Source: Hyphochytrium catenoides
Lineage: Eukaryota; Protista; Hyphochytriomycota
Length of the DNA: 64,000 nucleotides
Assembly (NCBI GenBank): GCA_900088475.1
Contig: FLMG01000941.1
Coordinates: forward strand, 1-64,000
Reading direction: 5' to 3'
Shown: piece by piece, positions 51,272-64,000 of the stretch
Layout of the letters: every line of letters starts with the position of its first letter
Numbering within the stretch: the stretch's first letter is position 1
Program-made: the position numbers and the translations under genes
The notes under the pieces: generated by a model
The model's database searches: none
Told to the model about the DNA's origin: nothing
What the model saw: the letters and a program-made list of their open reading frames with translations, nothing else

Positions 51272-51989
51272 GGTAAAAGCTTATAACGCAAAGAGAAAGC
51301 CTTGAGAGGCCCGTCTCAGTGGAAACTATAAGACCCACCGCTGCGCCGCATGCTGCACCCGCGTTGAACCCACCCTCAACATTTGGCCATGCTCGTCTTC
51401 TTCTGCCTCTCTTCTCTTTTTGTTGCCAGTGGTTCTAGCAACAATCGTCCAGAAACCCTTGAGAAGATGAAGCTCTGAAGTGCCAGTGCTTCAAAGCAGT
51501 AGTGGGGACCGCCTGTCTGACTGGACGGGACAAGGGAGCTCAACTGCTTCTTCTCCAGCCAGTGATCTAACAGAAGGTGGGACCTCGATGATCCGGCGAT
51601 CGATCTTCAGAATGCAGAAAGTTCCCGCAGATACGGTCGCGAAGCTCTGTTATGTCGCCGATGACGGGCCGACTCTGGCTGTAATAATATACTACTACAA
51701 CAGGTTAGCCATACTTATTATTAGCGTACAACGCTGTACAGTACGGCAAAAGCTTGGGATGGGTAGGACGTGTTTGGTCCTAATATTAACTATGGGCTTT
51801 AGTGCCTGGGTGAGGCAAGGGTCAAGAACTGAACTTTTTGCTATAGGAGTTCCAAGTGTCATAGTTTCTGGCTCTTTCTGTCTCCTGCTTGTTCTTTAGG
51901 TGTGAGAGGATGTGAAGGCAGGGAGAGCCGGTGAGTGGGCGAACGGAAACACTGTGCACGATCTTCAAAATCTGTTGGCGGATCTTTGG

Positions 51990-52560
51990 ATCTTCTTCTT
52001 CACTGCGGCGGCTGCCGATCGGCACAGCAGAGGTGCTGCTGCTGTTGCTGTTGTTGCTCGCCTGTTACTTGCTGCTTTGGCTGCTGCTGCTCGTGCCACC
52101 ACTGTTTGCTGCTGCGCCACGCTGCTGCTGCGGCGGCGAGTCTGTTGTTAGTTGTAGCTCCTCACTCCTGTTGCTCTTTCTTGTTGCTGCTGCTGTTCTT
52201 TTGTTCAGCCCCTTTCGATTTCCCTGCTGGTGGTTGCTCCTGTCGTTGTTGCTCTGGCTGCTGCTCCTGCCGCTGTTTGTCGCTGCTGCTGTCCTGTCGC
52301 CCTCCTACAATCCGATGGTGCTGCTTTGCTCCTGCCGCTGTTTGCTGTCGTTGCTGTTGTTGTCTTTTTGAAGCGAGCTACCGCTTGATTATTAGCTGGA
52401 GCTGCCACCACTAGTATCCTGCTGCTGGTTCTCCTGCTGTTGGTTGATGGTCACCAGGTTTGGCAGCTGTAGCTGGAGACACTAGATGTTGCCATTAGTT
52501 GTTGCTGCTGTCCTTTTGTGCTTGGTAGTAGTAGCTTTCTTGATCTTGATTCTTTGTTGT
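51990..52560. repeat. Degenerate (CTG/TTG)n low-complexity tract
   Basis: Repeated gct/gtt triplets with no sustained meaningful ORF. Confidence 0.75.
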
Positions 52561-53443
52561 TGCTAGTAACGGATCACCGATGCTTGACCATCTCCACCCT
52601 CTCACCGCCGACCTCTGGTCCGCCAGACAAAACCATCACCCTCATCATATTATTGCTTGCTCTACCAGAAGAAGAATGGAAACTGAGCTAGAGGGTCGTC
52701 GAAAGAGGGGATGGCATGGAGAAAAGAGAAGTGGAGTAGTACTATGCTGCTTGGCCCCTTCTCCCCATTACTAGCATGTCGCTCTCCCCGCGTCCTTACT
52801 CTGCAGCTCTTGTCGTCTTCTCGTTCTTGTTAGTTCTGGGTATCAGGATACATATGAGGCCATTCCACCTCCACGACAGGGCAATAGGAAGGGAGCCGGC
52901 TACACGCTGCTGCATGCTGCTCCACCCATAACCCTTGTCTACTACTCACCCGAAGAAGCTATTGGCACTGCTTTTACCTGCAGCTGCTGTTGTCGCTGTC
53001 CAAGTGCTACAAAAGAGGAGACTCCTTGATGTGTAGCATAAAATAGAAGCTGCCTATAATGCAACAGAAGAACCAGCAGTCCAGAGTGTCAGAACAAGGA
53101 AAACTTGAGCGTCGATAACATCCTTTGTCGTCTCCGTGCCTGTGGAACCAACAATAATCACCATAACTAATAATTGGACCTGGCACTCTTACCCACCACG
53201 CTCCCCTCCATCGATCAAAGTAGCAGGTACCATCATTGGATTCCGTGCTAGGTCCAAAATGGGCCCAAGAGGTACGTGAATAGAAGGCTCTATGTAGATC
53301 ATTTAACTAAGAGTAACGTCAGGCAGTATGAAGTAGCAGAAACGCTATTTTTCGCTATTTGCTTAACTCCGTACCGTACGACCGTACTTAGGCATCGAAG
53401 AATAAATATGATGTGTCGCTCGTTAGTATGCTAGTTACCGCCT

Positions 53444-53915
53444 TCACACCAACATCACGTGCAGGTAAGAGCACGCCGCTTCTGCTAGCAAACCGAGGTC
53501 CTTGACGATAGCCCCACCTCTTTTCCCCTCCATCTTGGCGAGATATGTCGTGTTGATTGAGACACGTATCTCCTCAGTCTTCACTCCGACCCTGAAGAGA
53601 AAGGCCTGCCGGTACGCAGTGATCTCCGTGATCCTGAACCCACGAGGACTCCGCCAGGAAGCTCTCTCTTCGCCACCCAGCTTCAAGCTGCTATAATAGT
53701 CAGGCACTGAGCTGCCATAAATCGCAGCAGGAGTCAAAGCGAGCTCACCGCTCTTGGAGAACTCATCAGCAAGAAGACCTAGCCGAAGCTTCTCTGATAC
53801 ATTGTAGCCCTCCTGGACAAGGTCACAGAAATGCAGCACTAGACTAGAGAGCTGAAGGGAGCTCTCGTTATCCTGGTTTCAAGGTCACAGAAATGCAGCA
53901 CTAGACTAGAGAGCT
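53444..53915 (-). pseudogene. 5'-truncated paralog of 50252-51271, with a 36-bp direct duplication at the breakpoint
   Basis: LHFCDLV~LDFCDQL, GFRITEITAYRQAFLF~GFRVNDVEAYRQTFLF, AACSYLHV~QACSYIDL; repeat at 53818-53853 and 53880-53915. Confidence 0.75.
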
Positions 53916-54529
53916 AAAGTGATGGAAATCGAGAGAAAGAAGCGAGTTAAAAATTGAAGCAGACAACGCCAGAAGCAGACAGCGCCGGTAGCAGACTATC
54001 CACTTGATACTTTCTGACGTTGAGTTGTGGGACTGCTGCCGTCCTCTATAATATAAAGGATGGGTCATCTTTTATGCTATCCTATCTATCTCCAGGATGA
54101 CGCAGGTTGTCGGTGCTAGAAATTTGCAGCCGACGATAGTAGTAGTAGACAGCAGGTCATAGACGAGGAGGAAAGTATGCAAGCTCTTCGGTTGTTGTTG
54201 CTTGCCAATAGAGAAGACAGCAGAAGCAGTTCACGCAAGAAGAGGCAGCTGGGAGGCTGCTGGGAGCTTGTCCTTCCTTCCACTGGCTTTCTTATCACAC
54301 CGCTTTATTGCCAGCTACTGCACGCGACAGCATCACACGACCAGCAGCAGCACCACAAGAAGGCTGGAGGAGCGGGAATTTTGTGTGTTGAGGGGCCTTT
54401 GCCTCTGACTCCTGGCCAAAACTGACAGGATCTGCCGTTAGCGGTACTGTCAATGCAACCCAGATCGAATGATGATGATTGTGTCTTCCTCCTCCTTTAG
54501 AATGATTTCCCCTTTCAGTTGTCTGAGAT

Positions 54530-54750
54530 AAAGATTTTTTTGTAAAATGAAGAAAGTTTGTTGTTGCTTCTTGTTCTTGGGTTCGACTCCGTCCTTCTTC
54601 TTCTTGGTCCTCGTTGTTGGCCGTTGTTGGCTTCTTCTTCTCCTTCTTCTTCTTTCTGCTGCTGCTTGCTTCTTGTTGTTGTTTTTTCTTCTGCTGCTTT
54701 CTTCTTCGCATGCATTATTTCTTTTTTTGTTCAATCTTCTCTTCTCTGGT
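54530..54750. repeat. Low-complexity (CTT/GTT)-rich tract
   Basis: ttcttc/ttgttg runs. Confidence 0.7.
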
Positions 54751-55801
54751 GGAGGGCCGGGAGGAGCCTCGGCGGTGGCGGGTTCCTCTATCTTCTCTAC
54801 TTACATTCAGGCTTTTTCTTCATCTATGACTAACGTCGCCGTCGGTAGTTTATGATGGCATCATCATATTAGTAGATAGTAAGTACTACTACTAGCTAGC
54901 AGCCTCCGGAGGCTGAATGAAGAAGTAGCAAGTCCTGATAAACAATCAACGACTGCTCTACTTCATTATAATACATATTTATTTAGCACACTACTTCTGC
55001 TTAGGGTTAGAACAGAGTAGTGATGATGACGATGAAGAACGAATGTTGCCAAGATAGATGATGGGCCTCCCCTACCACCATTCAGCCCATAGTATCTCTG
55101 GGAGCATTGGCGGCGGCATTGAACCAACCAACAACCAGAAAAGTTCCACAACAAGAGAAAAGAAAGAAGGCTACTACTGCTGACAACAGTCGGCTATTAT
55201 TGTTGTAGTAGCTGTTGCGTTGTTAATGTAGGTAAAAATTATTGTGGAGTATGGGCCTTGTAGTATGTATCTGCTGAAGAGCAGCACGCAGCAGAGTATC
55301 AGAGACGGTGTTTTCTTCTCGACAGCCGCCGCCAATAAATAGCAGCCGCCACCATCACAAGCGCGTGCGGCATCTGCTGCCGCCCCAGACGTCGTCTTCG
55401 TTCCCCACCAACAATATTCTGCAAACTGGCTTGGCCTTGACTGTATGATGAGTAGTACTTACTGACGGAGAGCTCCCCCAGGTGTTAGACATGTGCATTT
55501 CGGAGATGGTAGATTAGATTGGGTTCTCATCAGAAGTTATACTGTACCAGAACGGGGTAGATACACTTAGAACTTAGAACTATGCCTGCCCAGTACAGCC
55601 CTTCTTTATCCGCAAAGTTGTATCCCTGATAGACCTCAACACAACCAGACGATTCTGAAATTGATATACTTTTCGATGCCAGGACAATTTCCAAGTGAAA
55701 GAGCTGAGAAACCAGTTTGTAATCGTATATTTACGGATTGAGTGAATCTATTGCCAGAGTGATCACATCATGCGCCACAGCCGTTCTCAAGCAACTCATC
55801 A

Positions 55802-55913
55802 NNNNNNNNNNNNNNNNNNNNNNNNNNNNNNNNNNNNNNNNNNNNNNNNNNNNNNNNNNNNNNNNNNNNNNNNNNNNNNNNNNNNNNNNNNNNNNNNNNN
55901 NNNNNNNNNNNNN
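55802..55913. other. Assembly gap
   Basis: Run of N. Confidence 1.
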
Positions 55914-56368
55914 AAACTTGCTTCCTCCCATACAGGCTTGCTCCATCCTTCACTGTCAACTGCTCTGTCGTCTCAGTGCCTCCATCTCACGTTTCCCTGC
56001 CTTTCTTCCTCTTTCAATAAGACCCCAGACCAAAGTCGCACCTCCGTACACCTCATTCTCTTACGTTGAGCTCGGGTCAACCAGTTGGCAGCCAGAAGCT
56101 CTTAGTGCAGCCGGGACACTAGGGCAGCAAGCAGCACTCACACAATTCGTTGCTTTGGAGCAATCGACACTGGTCCACGGTTCTTGCAGTGGTCCACGGT
56201 TGCACTTGCAGGCTCTACTCCTTGCCTGCTTTGCCAGCGAAAGAGGGTGTTGAAGACTTTGCTCTCTTTATACCTTTCCTGTCTGTGTGTATGGGCCAGC
56301 AGGATAGATTATAACAGCAACATATGCTTCGGTACAGAGGCTCCGGGTAGAGGATTGTGAGAAGAAAG

Positions 56369-59300
56369 ATGACCAAGGGCGGCCAAAAGAAGGAGAGAGA
56401 GAACGGACATAATAAAGCTGTAGCGTCCTCCTCCTGGAACTCCAACAGCAACAAACGACCAAACCAGGATGGCGCTGCCCCAAGCGCAAGCGCAGGGACA
56501 GGTGGAGCTTTGCCGTTATCAGAACAGCAAGAAAAGCCAAAGCCTCGGCCTTCTTCGCCTCGCTCTTCTTCTCCCCCTGTCCACACCAATGGACTTGGCA
56601 AGCCTCCTGGGGAGAGGAAAGGAAGGAGGGAACCAATAATGCGACAGGATTCACTCAGGACGAAACTGAGGAAATTGGCAATGGAGGAAGACTTTCCAGC
56701 CTCCGACGGCTTGGACTCTAGCACAATCCTCTCACCGAAGATCAAGGACTGCACGATGGGTGATGGCTCTTCAGGCGTCTCTTCTCCTCCTCCCGCTCTC
56801 AAAGCAGGTGTGATTAGCTCTCCTTCTCGCACTTGGTTTATCATCGTTGCTTGACCCATCTTTCGGTCCTCCTCTTCCTTAGTTGCTAACGCTAGTTTCC
56901 TTGCTTCGAGTGGACAAGCGTGCACACTCCCGTCTGGTGTTGCTCTACTTCGATTTTGCCGCGTTATCACCTCCATCCCATTTTCTTGCCTTGCTGGAAG
57001 CTTAGTACGCCCTCCTCTTATCCCCAAGATAGACTGATCGTCTCCTTTCGCTCTAGAGTTGTACAGCTTCGCCTCTTTCTCACTCCTTTCAACTTCTTGC
57101 TATAGGAAGTAAGGATCATACTTCTTTCTCTGTGAGGAAGAGAAAGCTCTTGAAGGCCGCAAAGGATATGAAGGAGATGGAGGCCACTAGCCCAGCGGCA
57201 ACAGTCCCAACATCTAAGGGTTCGCCAAGTGTCTCTCCGGGCCGCAAGGTGGACCGCTCTGCAAGCAAAAGTCCTTCTAGATTCGTGGAGGTTGCATCGT
57301 CGGTGGTGGCGAGCCGAAAAGGTTACTTCTTGCATCTCTTCTCATCTATTCTCTGGCCGTCTTTATCTTTACGGTTTACTACGTCACCTCTTGGCCCTCT
57401 TTGGTCTCTATATCCTTTATCTCTGTACTATCGTTAGTCTCCCTTCTCTCTCGCGGCTCAAGAACCCTGCAGCTGTCTGTACACTTATTGCACTGTCGCT
57501 GTTCATAGTCGCTCTCGGGGTCTGCTTCTCATCTTCCCACTGTGTAGACTTGGGTGTACTTCTCTTAGGTTAACGCGTTTCACTGTCCTTTCTTCTTAAA
57601 CGACTTGTTCAGAAACCTATGCTGCAGGGTGTTTAGCCTCGTTTGCTATATTCTCCTTGTCAAGTCATCTATCGCTTCCTTGGTCTAGGCCACACATCCT
57701 CTTTTCTATTGTCATAGTGGGCCTCATATCTACCATAACCTTGGGCCTCATATCTCCTGACAATCGTCTTTTAAATCGCGTTGCTGTTTAGCTGCTCAGA
57801 AGTTCAAGTCAAGCTGGGTCAACCCTGCGGCTTCGCATCCCACAGACTGGTCGGTGGTGGGTGGGATCCACTTGAAGAAGAAGAAACTGAGTCTGCAGCA
57901 ATTCTTTTCAGAGTATAGAAAGATGAAGAGAGATGACTTCTACCAGGAGTTGGTTGTCTACATCGTCGTCATCTACCTTATGATGTCTATGTTTTGGTGG
58001 CTACCTATGCACCAGGTTTGTTTAGCTTCTCCTAATCGCGCGACTACTGCGCATCACTCGTTGCTCAATAACTCTTCCTGGGACGACTGGACGCATGCCC
58101 TCATCGCTCCCTTCTCTTTTATGGGGCTTCGTAATCGGGGTCAATGTACGTACTTTGCCTAATTTTAACCGTATCCTTCTGGCACCCTCCGTCCATCGCA
58201 GAGTTATGAGCAATCAGATGTCTTGAAAAGCTTCATTTGCAAGGAGGGAACGGAGGTCTGTTCCTTCGATACTGTGAACGACATATATGGCTTTCTTCGG
58301 CATATGGAGGAGAACATCTGCGACGACTCAGACAGTGATGCCAATCTCCGGCGATGGTACCGGGTTGGGACGATGCAGGTAGGCGCAGAGGATTAGAGTG
58401 AGAGTAGAAAGAAGAAGAAAGAGGAAAAAGTCTAGAAGTGCCCCTTCTCCTCCATTTACGAAATATATGCTTTCCGGGCGCCTCCCTTACCATCTCAGCT
58501 CGTGGCTTCGTATTGTTCTGCTATGGGTAAACACTGGTCCTCATTAAGCCCTCCATCTCTCTTCCTCTGCCTCTCCCTTTTTTTTTCTTTAGCTACGTCA
58601 AGTTCGAGTTCAACGCTCTAACTGTCGGATAGCTGGTGCAGTAGAGTATCCGTGTTATCCGCAGTATAGCCCTGAGATAGAAGAGAGAGCAGCGATAGTA
58701 GGCAAGACGTCAGGGAAGAATTACACCTGGAGAGATGGCTTTGGAGAGTTGGAAACCACCACGCAAGTGCGCTTCCTCTCTGTGATTAACTATCTGCAAG
58801 CGGATGACGCCGTGCCAGACACTTTTGGACGTGGTAGGGAGTCTTCTGCCTACAGTCTCCCGAGACAAATCCCTAAAGCTAGTCTGCCCATTCTCGGTCT
58901 TGGGTCCAGTCTTTGTCTAGAACCTACGGCTCGTCCAACTCATTTCATTCTCCCATTCCGGTGCCTACATTAGCTCTTTTTCGCCCTGACGCTTCTACCT
59001 CTCTTTCAAAAAAACAGGCGGCTTCTCCTCTTATCTATGTTCGAACTCGTCTCCCTCTGTCAGTGAGCTGGAGGAAGACCAGTGGATCAATCTTGGCACT
59101 CGTGTCGTGTCCTTGGATTTTACACTCGTGAACCCTACGACCGAAATGTTTACCGTGGGGAGGCATATATTTGCCATCTCTCCATCGGGACATATAAATC
59201 ATAAGCTGCAGGTACGGAAAGACAAATTATCTGTCTGGATCGCTGTTATTGGCTGCCGACAGCGTATATACAAGACCTTCTCTCTCTCGGCTACCAAGAG

Positions 59301-60001
59301 AGAAGGCGCAAAACTTCTTCCTCTGCTAAGACGCTGGTCTTTACTTCACTTAACCTTTCATCTTTACCGCCTTTTCTTTCTCTTAATGCTCACGTGATCT
59401 TCCTTTCCTTGTTGATGGTAGACTACAACGATGAGGCTCGTCTCCACCTGGCTTGACGGACATCAGCAGAAGGCAGACCGTTATGTGTTCGCTCTATGGA
59501 TCTTTCTCTCGCTTCAGCTACTTCTCACGTGTCTGAGAGAGAGCAAGAATATCAGAAAGATGGGGCTCTCTCCTTATTTGTCCTCAGACTTTTGGAATGT
59601 GTTTGAGATGATCCAGATGACTCTCCTAGCACAGCTCCTCTTCTCTGTGTACTCTTTCTACGCGCTCTCTTCTCAGCTCATAGATGGTCTGGGGCTTCTT
59701 TTGAAGACTTCCAATGGATACGTTGATATGTACCCTGTCATGGACTCTTTTTTGCAGGTAAAGTTGCATTGCCAGAGAGGAATAGATATTGCCCTTAGTC
59801 TGCCTTCAGACCTGCATGATAGCTTCGTTTTTGTTGTCTCTCCTCCTTTCCCTTAGACTCATCCAGCTATCTTGGAAGACTAAAAGCACTGCTATCTTTT
59901 CGACCTTTCTCTCTTCTCTCCTTTTTCAATCTTTCTTTGTCGAATCTGTTGTCTCCGCTTTACCCCTCTGTCGCCCCCTCTCTCCCCCATTTCTCGCTCT
60001 T

Positions 60002-60036
<35 letters not shown>

Positions 60037-63000
60037 GTCTTTCTCTCTCACACACACAAACACGCACCCGCACCCCGCACTTCATGCGGCCTCATGTGTC
60101 GCTTCAGTTGGCGGATTTGGCGGCTGTCAACGCCTTGCTCGGCTTGCTCAAAGTCTTTCGCTTCCTCCGTATGAACACGACCCTCAACCTCCTTTGGGCA
60201 TCTCTGGGGATGGCTCTCAAAGATCTGGCAGGGTTTATGGTCATCTTCTCCCTTATATTCTGCGCCTACGCGGCTATGGGATGCCTGGCTTTTGGCTTCT
60301 ACCTTGCAGAGTTCCACGACTTCAGAAGCTCCTTCTCTACCTGCTTTCAGATGTTAGCTGGTGATTTTGATTATGAGAAGCTTCTGGAGGCAAACCCGAG
60401 ACTAGCTCCGATATTCTTTGGAAGCTTCGTAGTGCTCTGCCTGCAGATTCTGGTGAGCTGCAAGAGATAGAAATGGGTGGAGTGCGTCAGTAGCGGCTTG
60501 AGCGGAACACACAGCAACAGAAAGAAAGAGAGGAGGTGCAAGCGGGAAAAAGGAGTGGAGAATAAGGAGACAGACAAGAGGAAGAACTTCCCTCTGATTC
60601 CTCTTTGTCTATGCTATTTCCTTCTAGAATGCTCGTCTGCGGGCTGTGCCGGGTTGGTTTTATGGTGTTGTCGTGTTCTCTGACATAATCCGTTTCATGT
60701 CCTATCCAGGTGAACATGTTTGTGGCAATTCTTTCCGAGTTCTATGAAAAGAGCAGGGATGAGGCTCAGAACCTGAAGGATGTGGACGTGGAGTACGACG
60801 TCTATAAGCGTATCTCAGAGTTCCTCCTCTCTCTCTCACCCACGGTGGTCCTTACTGAGCCCTTGCAGCTCAGTCCTGGGGAGATCGTGCGCCTTATCTC
60901 CACCAATCTTATGGACAAAGAGGTCAAGCGCCAGAGGGCAAAGAAGAGGTTCAGGGGCGCTGTGTGGAGAGTCCTGGCACTCCTGAGGTTAGCGTCCTTT
61001 CATTTTTTCTGACTTTCCCCTCATCTTTCCGCCCTCTCACTTATTCTTTGTCTCTCTCCTTTTCCTTGTATGAGCATTCACTATCTTTTTGAAAATATAA
61101 TGTCACTCATTCTTCTCTTGCATTGACTTATCTCTGCCTGCTCAAGAGCTGCTCACCCGTCCGCTGGCTGTGCTAAAGTTATCCCTTAATGCTTGTCCCT
61201 TTCTGGCCGGGCTTCGTTCCTTTTCAAGCTTTCGAGCAATGACCGCGGACCCTGGGTTCGCGTTCAAACTTATGATGGCTAACTGCTTGCATTTTGCCAA
61301 CAGGTTTGGCGTCAAGTTTGATCGCCGCCTGATCACTGACCAGCATCGGGAGACGAGCTATGATCCGAGCGATAAGGAGTTGGCGACTCACATTCCTCTC
61401 TCAGATAATTTTGACCATCGCACCATCAAGGAGATGCTGCCTGCCGGGATCACTATCAAGCTAAAGGGAGACTCGCTCATTGGAGACGACATTACTTTGA
61501 AGGTTGTAAGGCACAGCGCCTTGTCCACAGAGTGCAAAGGTACGCCAGCGAGAATACTTGAGAGAAACCCATGGCGGAAAGGAGTCAAGAGTTGCTGAGG
61601 CACGTAGAAGTGGAGAGATTCACGCACTCAACCTACGTTTAAGTGCATGAAGCTGACAGAGGGAATAGTGTTGACAGCTCATACCTTTCGTTACATGCTT
61701 TGTGTCTTGATATGCTTTCGTTCCCCATTTTGCCTCTTATGAGGTGGACGTTCGGCCTTATCCCTCTGTATGGCCCTTGTATGAGCCTACGTATGTCGCT
61801 GCTGACTCCTGCTCACTTTCTTCTCCATTGTCTTTCTTGCAGTTATGGACTCCGTCTATCCCGGGATCGAGAGTCTTGAACTCGTAGGAGGAGAAAGGTT
61901 GATCATTCCCTCAACTCTCTTCTGTCTTCACCTCCTCCGCACGGCGTTCAAGGTCCTCTTACACTTTATTGGGAAGGCGTTCTCCTGGCGCCACCCTATG
62001 GACCACCAGTTGGTAGACGAGTATCTGCTGTATAGATTGCTTCAAAGCGCTCAACACGAGGGATGCGAATCTCTCCGGTTTGATGAACTGCATAGAAGGC
62101 TGGACATGATCGTGAGGAAGGATAGGAGTCGAGCCACTATATCTGCGGGAGAAGTTAACAAGGAGACAGCGCTGGTAATGTACCGCTTCAGACGGTGTCT
62201 GATTGACATGCCCAGCAGAGAGAAAGAAGGCCACAACTACAGGCCAAAGCCTCTCGATACCTCTTCAGTGGATCTTGGATCCTTGGAGTTTTTAGCAGAT
62301 CTTCTATCGGAGAATTGTCACGAGCTTTGGTCGCTCGAGAGAATCAAGCAAGGGTGGAGATATGGCCCTGAGAGAGATGACAAAAAGAAGCTGCATCCCA
62401 ATCTGATCCCTTTCCATGTTCTTCCTGAGGAAGAGAAAGAGTATGATCGTCGCACATCTGTGGAAAGCATCAAGACTATCCTGATGCTGCAGTTCCAGAT
62501 CCAGCGAGTCTCCACAGCCACGCTTAAGACGAAGGGATTGCCAACGTTTGACACCGTGAGAAAGCTCACTTCTTCCTCAGAAGGGGATGATGGTAAGGTA
62601 GCAGGCGTTTAGGGTCTTAGCTCTTTCGTGCCTTATGTATGTGGTGGTTGCCCTTGCTTCCAAGGCCTCTATAGTGCTTGATCCACTCTTTATCTCTACC
62701 ACCTGTTTCCCTCTTGATATGGTTTCCTCGTGGCTCTCTTCGTGTCTCCTCTCTCTTTGCTAACCCACTCTCTCTGTCATGTGCCCTGACTTTCTTTCTG
62801 CTCATGACCCACGTGTTCCTACTAGCCAATACCGAGATCGATTCGATCAACGGTACCAAGTACCGTCCTCGTCCCATAGAGACCGACCAGATTGACTTGC
62901 CTAAACGGTTGGTAGCTCTCGCAGATCTTATAGCTGAGAACGCGCATGAGGTCTGGTCTAAAGGAAGGATGGAGGAGGGCTGGACCTACGGGCCCGATAG

Positions 63001-63148
63001 AGATGACAAGGCCAAGAAACACCCTTGTCTAGTGCCCTACGTGTTCCTTACTGAGCACGAGAAAGAGTATGACCTCAACACTGCGATGGGAACACTGAAG
63101 ATGCTTCTGGCGATGGGCTTTCAGATCACCGACAAGACGGGTGGATAG
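56369..63148 (+). CDS. Polycystin (PKD2/TRPP) cation channel with two C-terminal RyR repeats (PKDRR-type), 12 exons
   Basis: Exons 56369-56807, 57106-57321, 57792-58015, 58202-58378, 58593-58833, 59018-59211, 59422-59757, 60108-60452, 60710-60987, 61304-61539, 61843-62592, 62826-63148. PKD motifs LRQVRV..C, WINLGTRVVSLDFT, DFWNVFE, LKVFRFL, FQMLAGDFDY, LVNMFVAIL. RyR motifs ENCHELW...QGWRYGPERDDKKKLHPNLIPF and ENAHEVW...EGWTYGPDRDDKAKKHPCLVPY. Confidence 0.92.
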
Positions 63149-64000
63149 GTAACACCAGTCAATGAGAAGGAGAGAAGACGTTGACTCCTTCTTCTAAGAC
63201 CAAAGCAGACGTCTTTTGAGAAGACAAGTACTATCATAGAGCTTTAACTTAAGGATGATTTATACAATCTTTTCAGCATAGAGAACCACGGAAAGCATTG
63301 CGTGGAATGTCACTAGTTAGAACGGAAAGCGGTAGGTGACGACTGCTTCTAATGGTTTCGACAGAGAGTCAGAGGGAGATGAGCACTCTATGGCTAGAAA
63401 GAGAAGTATGCTTTTGTGGATGTGTACAGCGATGAAGGTGAGCAGCCAGCAAGAGAGAGAAGGCGAGAAGGTTTTAGCTGCCGATAGAGGCCGTGTAGGG
63501 CCCAGTAACTCTATCAAGGCCAAAAGACGGAAAGGAAAGAGGTCTTGGCTCTCCAGCTTTAAGAGGGGAGCCAAAAAGCTTGCGCTACGTAGTGGCTCTG
63601 CTGTTGACAACAGGATATAGTGGAAAGATAGGGCTCTGCGTTCCTACCGACGGTTAAGATGACAGATCATCCTGACTGCTGCTTCTGCGCAGCAGAATAA
63701 ATAGAAATACGTAACAAACGGTCGCCACTGAGCTCTCTCTTCCTCTCGACCTTCCTGTTCCTCCTTCTGTCCTTTGTCTCTTCGTTTCTATGGTTAAAAT
63801 CAAATCTTATCCATCAGCTGCTCTGCAGCCCTGCCGATTAGCTCCGCTGTTGTTTGGATCGATCCTTTGAGCTCGTCGATGGATTCACCGTGTGCCGCTT
63901 CAGCGATGAGAGGGAAGGGCACCATATTCTTGTTGTTGTCTCTGCAAAGGGCACGAGTTAGTAGAGTATGGCAGACGGAGAGTATAACGAGCAGGTGAAA

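Noticed and set aside
51912-52414. Cys-rich, Leu-rich and Ala-rich ORFs
   Set aside because: Artefacts of the CTG/TTG low-complexity tract

Overview
Eukaryotic (microbial, probably stramenopile/oomycete-related) genomic DNA with canonical GT-AG introns, CT/GA microsatellites and three assembly gaps. It alternates between two kinds of region. Intron-rich conserved genes: a DUF4442/hot-dog thioesterase, a DSN1/Mis13-like kinetochore protein, a large unknown helical protein, nucleoporin Nup35, a GH89 alpha-N-acetylglucosaminidase, and a polycystin (PKD2/TRPP) channel fused to two RyR repeats (PKDRR architecture). Gene-sparse, repeat-rich blocks: intronless secreted or membrane proteins, a 5 x ~380 bp tandem array, a MITE-like element, an orphan zinc-finger ORF and paralog remnants. 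The most notable observations are the PKD-RyR channel, a three-copy dispersed non-coding element with a covarying, strand-specific RNA fold, a fungal-like secreted repeat protein, and a secreted acidic-repeat/cationic-tail precursor. Exon boundaries were read by eye, and family assignments come from recalled motifs, not database searches.
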